A stretch of 40,438 nt of DNA. It comes from a virus. The notes beneath the pieces were generated by a model. That model worked only from the letters and a program-made list of their open reading frames with translations. It had not been told where the DNA came from and searched no databases. The position numbers and the translations under genes are program-made. Location: the IMG/VR virus record IMGVR_UViG_3300045988_112257, positions 1-40,438 of that record; one strand, 5' to 3'. Below, one piece after another: positions 33,726-40,438 of this stretch (positions within the stretch are counted from its first letter, which is position 1; the number at the start of each line of letters is the position of its first letter).

Positions 33726-34196
33726 TTACAAAATTGAGCCTTTCATGCCCTGCGCGGCTTCTGCGTGCCGCCTGAGCCATCCCACGGCGGGGTTTAACAC
33801 ATCGCACAAAAACAGCCCTATCAATATTCCGGTTACGCTTACGCTGTACACCACCGCCCACCGAAGCCATTTGCCAAGATGCTGTATGCGCCTATCCTTT
33901 TCCGCAAGCAGCAGCCTGACTGCGTTGGTGTACCTCTGTGTAGGCTCTTCGGCCTCCTGCGGCACGGCTCCGTAAATCTCGTCCACAAATTCATGCATTG
34001 TCGCGCCTAAGCCTTGGGTAACAAGTATTTCATAAGTTGCCATTGGCGTTCCGGTTGTGCCTTGCAGCGTGCGGGTAAGCGTGGAGGCGGCTATGCCGCT
34101 ACGCTTTGACACGTCCTGCAAGGAGATCCCTCGCTTTTCACGCATTCGCGTAAACGCATCTGCGTATTTCCGATTATTGTCCTCAAAAATGCCCAT
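33726..34196 (-). CDS. Membrane-tethered XRE-type HTH regulator.
   Basis: HTH ISLQDVSKRSGIAASTLTRTLQG and a C-terminal TM segment WAVVYSVSVTGILIGLFLC. The start was moved to the ATG at 34196, after aaggggag. Confidence 0.6.
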   Translation of the reverse strand: MGIFEDNNRKYADAFTRMREKRGISLQDVSKRSGIAASTLTRTLQGTTGTPMATYEILVTQGLGATMHEFVDEIYGAVPQEAEEPTQRYTNAVRLLLAEKDRRIQHLGKWLRWAVVYSVSVTGILIGLFLCDVLNPAVGWLRRHAEAAQGMKGSIL

Positions 34197-34526
34197 TTCT
34201 CTCCCCTTTTCCATTTTCGGTGTTGCCTTTTTCCATTTTCGGATGCGCCAATTCCGTTTCTGGCGCGCTTTTCCGTTTTTGGCCATATCCATTTTGCTAT
34301 GTGTGTAGTAATCTGTACTTGCGCATAGGGGCGCACTCACGGGGGCGGCGCAACCTTACCTTGCTTCTCCGCCGCCCCCTCCACCCACCATAGATTATAT
34401 GATGTATGGTGTCTGTGATATGGTATCATATCTTAACAATTTTTTGCACGGAGGATAATACGATGACCAAGAAAGAAAACGCGCTGCTTAATGCCATTCG
34501 CGACCCCCAGAAGCTTGCCGAAATCA

Positions 34527-34838
34527 TCAACGTTCTACAATCCGATCGATTATCGCGCGGGCTTCCGGCGATGCCTTGCGATAAGCAAGTATTAACTGAA
34601 ACTCTGCATCAGTAACGAGCCGGTGTGAGTTCATCTCGCTTTGTTTCCCGTATAAGTAATTCATATCAACGTTGTATATATCGGCAATTGCTTCGAGCTC
34701 TTCGCGCTGAGGTTCGCGCTTGCCGCACTCGAGCATAGATATGTAGCTGCGCGACATTCCGAGTTTTTCTGCCAAATCTGCTTGGGTGTCCTTGTTTAGT
34801 ATGCGCAGCTCCTTTATCCTGTCATTTAACCCGCCCAT
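34527..34838 (-). CDS. CI-like repressor (XRE HTH).
   Basis: TQADLAEKLGMSRSYISMLECGKREP. The gene is divergent from the cro-like gene. An alternative GTG start lies at 34850. Confidence 0.75.
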   Translation of the reverse strand: MGGLNDRIKELRILNKDTQADLAEKLGMSRSYISMLECGKREPQREELEAIADIYNVDMNYLYGKQSEMNSHRLVTDAEFQLILAYRKASPEARAIIDRIVER

Positions 34839-34868
34839 ATATATAATCACCCCTTTCTCTATATATTA

Positions 34869-34944
34869 TGTCACAGGTCGTGACAAAAAGCAAGAAGAAA
34901 ATGTCACAAAAAGTGTTGACACATATAGTGTCAAGATGTATAAT
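34869..34944. promoter_or_regulatory. Lysis-lysogeny switch region with palindromic operators and the rightward consensus promoter.
   Basis: TGTCAC-aggtc-GTGACA at 34869-34885. A half-degenerate TGTCAC-aaaaa-GTGTTG at 34902-34918. TTGACAC-atata-GTGTCAA at 34916-34934, which overlaps the -35. Promoter TTGACA (34916-34921), 17 nt, TATAAT (34939-34944). Confidence 0.75.
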
Positions 34945-34973
34945 GTATCCATAAACCAAAAGGAGGAAAAAAG

Positions 34974-35180
34974 ATGCCAGACAAAACTGCGGTTGGGATG
35001 AGGCTTAGAGCTTATCGCAAGGCAAAAGGAGTATCGAGAGACACAGCCGCCGCCGAGATCGGTATATCATCAGCTGCGCTTGGTATGTATGAGCTTGGCG
35101 CGAGAACCCCGCGCGATGAAGTAAAAATGGAAATCGCATCGTACTACGGGCACTCCGTGCAAGATATATTTTTTGCCTAA
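34974..35180 (+). CDS. Cro-like HTH regulator.
   Basis: 68 aa with GVSRDTAAAEIGISSAALGMYELGARTP. RBS aaggagg. Confidence 0.75.
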   Translation: MPDKTAVGMRLRAYRKAKGVSRDTAAAEIGISSAALGMYELGARTPRDEVKMEIASYYGHSVQDIFFA

Positions 35181-35183
35181 AAG

Positions 35184-35200
35184 TGACACTATAAGTGTCA
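35184..35200. promoter_or_regulatory. Additional 17-bp operator copy downstream of cro.
   Basis: TGACAC-tataa-GTGTCA, with the same half-sites and spacing as 34917-34933. Confidence 0.55.
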
Positions 35201-35237
35201 AAGAAAGACGCATAAAGAAGGAGGAAAGAGCACAATA

Positions 35238-35516
35238 ATGTTTGCAATTCAAAATCGGCGGACAGGTAAGTTCTTGTTTGGCACGGACTACCGCTACAAT
35301 CCTCCCCGGCAGCGAACGAGCTTCGACGAAATGCGTACCTACCCCGATTTGAGCTACGCTGTGGCTGACTACAACAACCGCAGGTGTGGAGAAGATTATC
35401 GCATTGTAGTCCTCAAATCGGTAGAGGTCGAGCGAGTTATCGACTATGCGGAGCACTTGGACTACGATATGCGGCCTACAACAACCGCAGGTGTGGAGAA
35501 GATCGTCGCATTGTAG
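35238..35516 (+). CDS. Hypothetical protein. Its 3' end runs into an out-of-frame duplicate of its own internal segment.
   Basis: RBS gaaggagg. See the 50-nt direct repeat 35369-35418 / 35476-35525. Confidence 0.5.
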   Translation: MFAIQNRRTGKFLFGTDYRYNPPRQRTSFDEMRTYPDLSYAVADYNNRRCGEDYRIVVLKSVEVERVIDYAEHLDYDMRPTTTAGVEKIVAL

Positions 35517-35716
35517 TCCTCAAATATGCATGGATAAGCGCCGCCGAGGTTATGTGCGGCATGAAAGTTGAAGATTTTATAGACATGATGATGGCAGAGA
35601 CGAAAGCGGCAATCAAGGAAATGGAGGCATAAAAATGAGGACATGCCCAGACTGTGGCGCGAATCTTGACAGCGGGGAGCGCTGCGACTGCGAAATGGAA
35701 GGAAAGGAGAAGCAAA

Positions 35717-36016
35717 ATGGAGTTGGAAAAGATGCTGCGCGAAATGATACAGCAAGCCGTGGACGAGCGTATAAACGATGCCGCAGCGGTGGAAGATCGC
35801 ATGGTGCGGGCGCACGGAGAATACGTCCCCACCACACAGGCCGCTGAACTGCTTAATGTCAGCCCCGTCACCGTGCGGCGGATGCTGGCCGATGGGCGGC
35901 TTACGGGCACAGGCGGGGAAAAGCCGCTGGTGATGGTGCGGAGCATGGCGCACATGGCAGAGACGGGCAGGACGCGGAAGCAGAAATACCCCGATTTTGC
36001 CATTATAGGGAGGTAA
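35717..36016 (+). CDS. Excisionase-like / MerR-type HTH DNA-binding protein.
   Basis: TTQAAELLNVSPVTVRRMLADGRL. ATG at 35717 follows aaaggagaagc. The ORF-track start 35654 has no RBS. Confidence 0.55.
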   Translation: MELEKMLREMIQQAVDERINDAAAVEDRMVRAHGEYVPTTQAAELLNVSPVTVRRMLADGRLTGTGGEKPLVMVRSMAHMAETGRTRKQKYPDFAIIGR

Positions 36017-36331
36017 GCTATGGCAAAAATGACAAAAGCGGAATTTATCGCCCGCGCCGTGGCGGACAGAATGAAGGACAAGCTGCGCGGGCAGAAAGAA
36101 GCGTATTGGGTGCGGTCGGCGCATATCGACGCAGAAAGGCGTAAAAAAAGATGAACGTATGGTATATCGCATTATGGGTGTACATGCTGGCGGGCGAGGC
36201 TGTCATGCTGATAATCGCCTTTAGAATTTGCTATGAGCAAGTTAAAAAAGCCCCGCAATCGGGGGAAAAGCGCACCCACAAGGCGTAAAAGCAAGTTATA
36301 AGCAAGTTAGTCGCAAAGCAAGGAGGACAAA

Positions 36332-36868
36332 ATGGAAGCAAAAGAAAAGCCCGTCGGGGGAGTTAGAACACCGACAGGCACCGATAAAGCAGGGGAAAAC
36401 CCCTCTGCTGAAAGTATATCATATCGTCTGCCTTTTGGTCAAGCCGTGCCCTTTGTGGCATATGAAAAAGTCGCGGGCGGGGCGAAGGGGCTTGTGAGAA
36501 TTGGGCAGGAGGTGTGCCCGAAGTTCGACAAAAGCAACTACTCAAAGACAAAGAAGCCGGACGAGACGGGCGTGACGCTGTATAAACCCATCATCAAGGC
36601 ATGGCAAGGCGCATACCCCGAAATAGCCGCCAAACAGCCCCGTAGGCATGAGCCGCATGACAGGCCGAAGAAGATTACCATTAGGGTATCAAAAGACCTG
36701 TACAGGCAGTTGCAACAAGCCCAGAAGGGGCGCACGATGCAAAGCACCATCATGGATATGATTATGGATTGCATAATGAACCCCGGCAAGACGCGGATGG
36801 AGCTTTGGGCAGAGAATGCAGTCTTAAAAGCACAGATAATCAAACTAAAGGAGGAAACGGAGAAATGA
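36332..36868 (+). CDS. Hypothetical protein.
   Basis: RBS aaggagg. It precedes the recombination genes. Confidence 0.55.
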   Translation: MEAKEKPVGGVRTPTGTDKAGENPSAESISYRLPFGQAVPFVAYEKVAGGAKGLVRIGQEVCPKFDKSNYSKTKKPDETGVTLYKPIIKAWQGAYPEIAAKQPRRHEPHDRPKKITIRVSKDLYRQLQQAQKGRTMQSTIMDMIMDCIMNPGKTRMELWAENAVLKAQIIKLKEETEK

Positions 36869-37341
36869 CACTGTATGAAATCGATAAGGAAATCCAAGCC
36901 CTTATCACCGAGGATGGCGAGATTGAGGACATTGAGCGCTTTGACGCGCTGGCAATGGAGCGCGACAAGAAGATTGAAAATGTGGGCTGCTGGGTGAAGA
37001 ACCTTGATGCAGAAGCAGCGGCCATGCGCGAGGAAGAAAAGACCCTTGCCGAAAGGCGGCACAGGCTTGAAAACAAGGCCGAAAGGCTCAAAGCATACCT
37101 TGACCACGCACTTGACGGCGCGAAATTTGAAAGCCCCCGTGTGGCTATCAGCTATCGCAAGTCTAAAGCCGTGGAGATACAGGACGAGGCGGTATTTAAG
37201 GCATGGGCTAAGGATTATGCGCCCGCCCTGCTTAAAGTGGCCTACACCATAGATAAGACGGGCGTAAAAAATTACATAGCAAGCGGCGCGGAATGCCCGT
37301 GCGCGGAGATTGCGGAAAGAAAGTCAATGCTGGTGAAGTGA
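36865..37341 (+). CDS. Siphovirus Gp157-like protein.
   Basis: MTLYEIDKEIQALI...ERFDALAMERDKKIENVGCWVKNLDAEAAAMREEEK is the typical pattern. ATGA overlap with the upstream gene, adjacent to the annealase. Confidence 0.7.
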   Translation: MTLYEIDKEIQALITEDGEIEDIERFDALAMERDKKIENVGCWVKNLDAEAAAMREEEKTLAERRHRLENKAERLKAYLDHALDGAKFESPRVAISYRKSKAVEIQDEAVFKAWAKDYAPALLKVAYTIDKTGVKNYIASGAECPCAEIAERKSMLVK

Positions 37342-37425
37342 CATGGAATGGTGGTTAATGCAGGAGGGCGAATGCCCTGAGTACCCCACGGGAACACCCG
37401 TTGAGAATTGGGAAGGAGATAAAAA

Positions 37426-37974
37426 GTGATGGAAGCAAGGAAATTTAACCCGAATGACCACTTGATACAGCTCAAAGGCAAGGATTATCTGCAAGTCATG
37501 TGGCGGCTGGTTTGGTTTAGGGAGGATAAGCCACTGTGGGCAATCACCACGCAGATGATAGCCCACGACACTGAGGCAAAGCACTGCATTTTCAAGGCTG
37601 AAATCCTTGACGAAAACGGCCTTGTGAAGTCAACTGGAACGGGCAGCGAAAGCATAAAGGACTTCGGCGATTACATCGAAAAGGCCGAAACGAAGGCGGT
37701 AGGCCGCGCCCTGGCTATGCTGGGATACGGCACGCAGTTTGCGCCGGAGCTGGATGAGGGCGACAGGATAGTCGATAGCCCCATCCCCGCCAAGCCTGAC
37801 CCTGAGCGGGCGCAGTACCTAAAGGCCATAGCCACAAGCGGGATTGATGCACGGCTGATAGATGCATCGTGCTATAAGCGGTACAAGAAGCCCCTTGAAA
37901 AGCTTACCACGGAGCAGCTTGCAGAAGTCGCCGTGCTGATGGCGCAGAGCAGACCGGACAATGCGAGCGCGTAA
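37426..37974 (+). CDS. Rad52-like (Sak-type) single-strand annealing protein.
   Basis: YLQVMWRLVWFRE and KAETKAVGRALAMLGYG motifs. The start is GTG 37426 or ATG 37429. Confidence 0.55.
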   Translation: MMEARKFNPNDHLIQLKGKDYLQVMWRLVWFREDKPLWAITTQMIAHDTEAKHCIFKAEILDENGLVKSTGTGSESIKDFGDYIEKAETKAVGRALAMLGYGTQFAPELDEGDRIVDSPIPAKPDPERAQYLKAIATSGIDARLIDASCYKRYKKPLEKLTTEQLAEVAVLMAQSRPDNASA

Positions 37975-38488
37975 TTGCAAGATATCACGCGATTTTACCA
38001 CAGGGCAATGGTCGGTGTCGTTTGACATCGACCGCCCCGAAGATATCCCACAGGGCGAGCTTGACTTGACCATAAAGCCGTATAAGCCCAAGAGAAGCCT
38101 ATCGGCAAATGCCTATATGTGGGTGCTGGTGGGCAAGCTGGCAGACGCGACGGGGATTAGCAGCACCGATATATATCGCAACACGGTCAAGCAGTTGGGC
38201 ATATCACAGCTAATCGTAATCAATGCCGCCGCTGTCCCCGCGTTCAAGCGGGTGTGGGAGCAGTACGGTCTTGGCTGGTTTGTGGATGATGTGGACGAGG
38301 ATACGGGAGGCAGCGTGATACTCCGCGCGTACTACGGCAGCAGCACATACAACCGCAAGCAGATGGCGGCCTTGATAGACCTTGTGGTGCAGGATTGCGA
38401 GCAGCTGGGAATAGAGACCCTGAGCCCCGCTGAATTGGCGGGGCTGGTGGACAGGTGGGAAGCGGATACAGGACGCAAGAAAGGATAA
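37961..38488 (+). CDS. ninB: NinB/Orf-family recombination mediator.
   Basis: KRSLSANAYMWVLVGKLA and GSSTYNRKQMAALIDLV align by eye with lambda NinB (RSLDQNRKLWACLGDVS and GQSTSRMRVGEFAELLE). Confidence 0.6.
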   Translation: MRARNCKISRDFTTGQWSVSFDIDRPEDIPQGELDLTIKPYKPKRSLSANAYMWVLVGKLADATGISSTDIYRNTVKQLGISQLIVINAAAVPAFKRVWEQYGLGWFVDDVDEDTGGSVILRAYYGSSTYNRKQMAALIDLVVQDCEQLGIETLSPAELAGLVDRWEADTGRKKG

Positions 38489-38492
38489 AAGC

Positions 38493-38873
38493 ATGAACCA
38501 TGTGAGCATGATAGGGCGATTGACCAAAATCCCCGACATACGGCAGACCAATACGGGCAAAAACGTATGCAGCTTTACGCTGGCGGTAAACCGCCGCTAC
38601 AAGGACGCACAGGGCAACGCCGCGGCAGACTTCTTCTCCGTACAAGCGTGGGAAAAACTGGCCGAGCTGTGCGCACGCTATCTGGACAAGGGCAGCAAGG
38701 TATTTATATCGGGCGAGCTGCGTAACCGGAGCTACGAGGCAAAGGACGGCAGCAAGCGGACTGTGACCGAGATAATCGCAAACGAGGTTGAGTTCTTGTC
38801 GCCCAAGGCCGAACCCGCAACGCCGCCCGTGGAGGAATGGGAGCAGGTCGAGGACAGCGATTTGCCGTTTTAA
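38493..38873 (+). CDS. ssb: Single-stranded DNA-binding protein.
   Basis: OB-fold N-terminus MNHVSMIGRLTKIPDIRQT..G..VCSFTLAVNR and an acidic C-terminal tip DSDLPF. Confidence 0.9.
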   Translation: MNHVSMIGRLTKIPDIRQTNTGKNVCSFTLAVNRRYKDAQGNAAADFFSVQAWEKLAELCARYLDKGSKVFISGELRNRSYEAKDGSKRTVTEIIANEVEFLSPKAEPATPPVEEWEQVEDSDLPF

Positions 38874-38882
38874 GGTGCGACT

Positions 38883-39638
38883 ATGCCGAACAGAATCATA
38901 AAGGAGAGCATAACGACAAGCGAAAAGTTAGCATCCCTTTCAGATTTTGAGTTTCGGCTTTGGATAGGATTGATTACTCAGGCTGACGATGCAGGGCGCG
39001 GAGATGCCCGCCCTGCCGTAATACGAGGCCGCATCTTCCCGTTTCGGGAAAGGTTGACAGTTAAAGACGTTGGATGTTCCCTCCGCGCGTTGGCGGATAA
39101 AGGCTGCATCGCCCTCTACGAGATAGACGGGAGACCCTACTTTTATTTCCCAAATTGGAGCAAGCATCAGCGAGTTCGAGACTGCAAACCCAAGTACCCC
39201 GAACCCACGGAGGACAGCTTGCGGCAAGTTGCGGCAGATTGCGGCGAAGCGCGGCAGAGTGCGGCTATAATCCAATCCAATCCAATACAATCCGAATCCG
39301 AATCCAAGAGGGATAGCGCGCCCGCGAAGCACGCCTACGGCGAATTTGACAATGTGCTTTTAACGGACGCAGAGTTAGACAAACTCAAAAACCGCCTCAC
39401 AGACTGGGCGGAACGCATAGAGCGGCTATCACAGTACCTCAAAAATAAGCCTAAAAAGCACTATGAGAGCCACTATGCCACAATCCTAACGTGGGCGGCA
39501 AAAGACGCAAAGGAGGACGCGGAGCGCAAGCAATCCGCCACGCCGCGCCCTAACCGCCAACGGGATTTAGGGAACAGCCGCGTATACAGTGCGGCAGAGC
39601 TTGACAGGATGGGTTACGACCTTTTGGGAGGTGATTAG
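38883..39638 (+). CDS. Phage replisome organiser / DnaD-like replication initiation protein.
   Basis: N-terminal IKESITTSEKLASLSDFEFRLWIGLITQADDAGRGD pattern and a C-terminal YATILTWAAKD segment. Confidence 0.6.
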   Translation: MPNRIIKESITTSEKLASLSDFEFRLWIGLITQADDAGRGDARPAVIRGRIFPFRERLTVKDVGCSLRALADKGCIALYEIDGRPYFYFPNWSKHQRVRDCKPKYPEPTEDSLRQVAADCGEARQSAAIIQSNPIQSESESKRDSAPAKHAYGEFDNVLLTDAELDKLKNRLTDWAERIERLSQYLKNKPKKHYESHYATILTWAAKDAKEDAERKQSATPRPNRQRDLGNSRVYSAAELDRMGYDLLGGD

Positions 39639-39640
39639 GT

Positions 39641-39853
39641 ATGCCGACACTTGAAATTATCCAGATAACCAACGGCGCAACGAGGTGTTTGCGCACGGCG
39701 AAAAGTTACCCCGAGCTTTACAAGGCGTATCGGCGCATGCAAGCCGAAGGCGCATTTGTGCGGATGCGGATAGACGGCAGGGTGCTGCCGATTTACGAGG
39801 CGGACAGCCGCGCGTCGAATGCCGACCGGTCTGCGGCATGGAGGAGCTTATGA
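39641..39853 (+). CDS. Hypothetical protein.
   Basis: RBS gggaggtga. Confidence 0.5.
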   Translation: MPTLEIIQITNGATRCLRTAKSYPELYKAYRRMQAEGAFVRMRIDGRVLPIYEADSRASNADRSAAWRSL

Positions 39854-40230
39854 GACGCACATACACACCGCCAACCGTGCCCTTGGAGGACGCAGAGCAG
39901 CGGATAATCTTTCAATGGGCGGCAATGGAGACCGCCGCCCGCCCCGAGCTGGGGCTGCTGTACGCCATACCCAACGGCGGCAAGCGGGCGATTAAGACCG
40001 CAATCGCGTTAAAGGCGCAGGGCGTGAAAGCGGGCGTGCCTGATATGTGCTTGCCCGTGGCGCATGGCGGGTATCACGGTTTGTATATCGAGTTAAAGCG
40101 GCAAAAGGGCGGTACGGTGAGCGAGACGCAAAAAAGCTGGATAACCGCGCTTGCGGAGCAAGGATATAAAGCCGTGGTTTGCAAGGGAGCGGACGAAGCA
40201 ACAAAGGTGATAAAGGAGTATCTGCAATGA
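39850..40230 (+). CDS. VRR-NUC domain nuclease.
   Basis: GVPDMCL...[22 protein letters not shown] carries the PD-(D/E)xK core of VRR-NUC. ATGA overlap, with the start at 39850 after ggaggag. Confidence 0.8.
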   Translation: MRRTYTPPTVPLEDAEQRIIFQWAAMETAARPELGLLYAIPNGGKRAIKTAIALKAQGVKAGVPDMCLPVAHGGYHGLYIELKRQKGGTVSETQKSWITALAEQGYKAVVCKGADEATKVIKEYLQ

Positions 40231-40438
40231 AAAAAATATCCGATACGGAATTAAAGGCAATTATCTATAAGCACGCAAAATGGGTAAGAGGTGAGGATGA
40301 CGGGGATTGTGCCAACTTGTACGGTGCCAACCTGTGCGATGCTGACCTGCGCGATGCTGACCTGTGCGATGCTGACCTGCGCGATGCTGACCTGCGCGAT
40401 GCTGACCTGTGCAATGCCAACTTGTACGGTGCCAACCT
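40227..40438 (+). CDS. Pentapeptide-repeat protein, N-terminal part. It is truncated by the window end and continues at nt 65 of the window after the 64-nt overlap.
   Basis: ATGA overlap with the VRR-NUC stop. It reads [51 protein letters not shown]... built from 15-nt tandem DNA units. Confidence 0.8.
   Translation, partial: MKKISDTELKAIIYKHAKWVRGEDDGDCANLYGANLCDADLRDADLCDADLRDADLRDADLCNANLYGAN

Noticed and set aside
33700-33870. N-terminal 57-codon extension of the exonuclease ORF. The same issue applies to 34197..34340 for the HTH-TM ORF.
   Set aside because: The extensions are Arg-rich, overlap the upstream gene or its end, and lack RBSs. Internal ATGs at 33699 and 34196 have GGAGGA and GGGGAG sites.
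34406-34615. 69-aa plus-strand ORF. An internal ATG at 34463 has a ggagga RBS and gives MTKKENALLNAIRDPQKLAEIINVLQ...
   Set aside because: Its 3' half is antisense to the C-terminus of the cI-like repressor gene. It may be a genuine small gene ending earlier in relatives, but support here is insufficient.

Overview
The window is an essentially complete genome of a temperate siphovirus-type phage or excised prophage. It has a tape measure gene and no sheath gene. The sequence closes on itself: nt 1-64 are identical to nt 40375-40438, giving a unique length of 40,374 bp. GGAGG ribosome-binding sites, an LPXTG protein and an NlpC/P60 endolysin with a PG-binding domain point to a Gram-positive (Firmicutes-like) host.

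Layout:
- 40227 -> 461 (across the junction): pentapeptide-repeat protein.
- 475-2234: small early genes.
- 2333-5743: a tightly coupled five-gene operon that reads as a CRISPR-less type IV-B-like Cas effector module (csf1-like, cas11-like, Cas7/csf2, Cas5/csf3) plus a cysH-like PP-loop gene.
- 5799-6293: late-regulator-like gene.
- 6738-14970: packaging and head genes (terS, terL, portal, MuF/gp7-like, scaffold, HK97-fold capsid, connectors, major tail).
- 15027-16869: a three-gene zinc-ribbon membrane-protein cassette with its own promoter.
- 16879-24764: tail genes (chaperone, Gp15-like, tape measure, tail and fibre proteins).
- 24771-25514: an LPXTG surface protein.
- 25499-26773: lysis genes.
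- 27106-27297: a self-contained transcription unit carrying two type I-C-like CRISPR repeat hairpins around a 33-nt spacer.
- 27307-29238: leftward small genes driven by two duplicated consensus promoters, in an acr/aca-like arrangement.
- 29331-31307: a Cys/Gly-rich cargo module.
- 31308-31512: attP-like region.
- 31513-35200: integrase, DEDD exonuclease-BRCT, membrane-tethered HTH and the cI/cro switch with 17-bp palindromic operators.
- 35238-40230: recombination and replication genes (Gp157-like, Rad52-like annealase, NinB, SSB, replisome organiser, VRR-NUC).

The most interesting signal is that one phage carries both an array-less, nuclease-less Cas effector module and a cas-less I-C-type mini-array next to candidate anti-defence genes. 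All family assignments come from reading motifs by eye. No database search was run.
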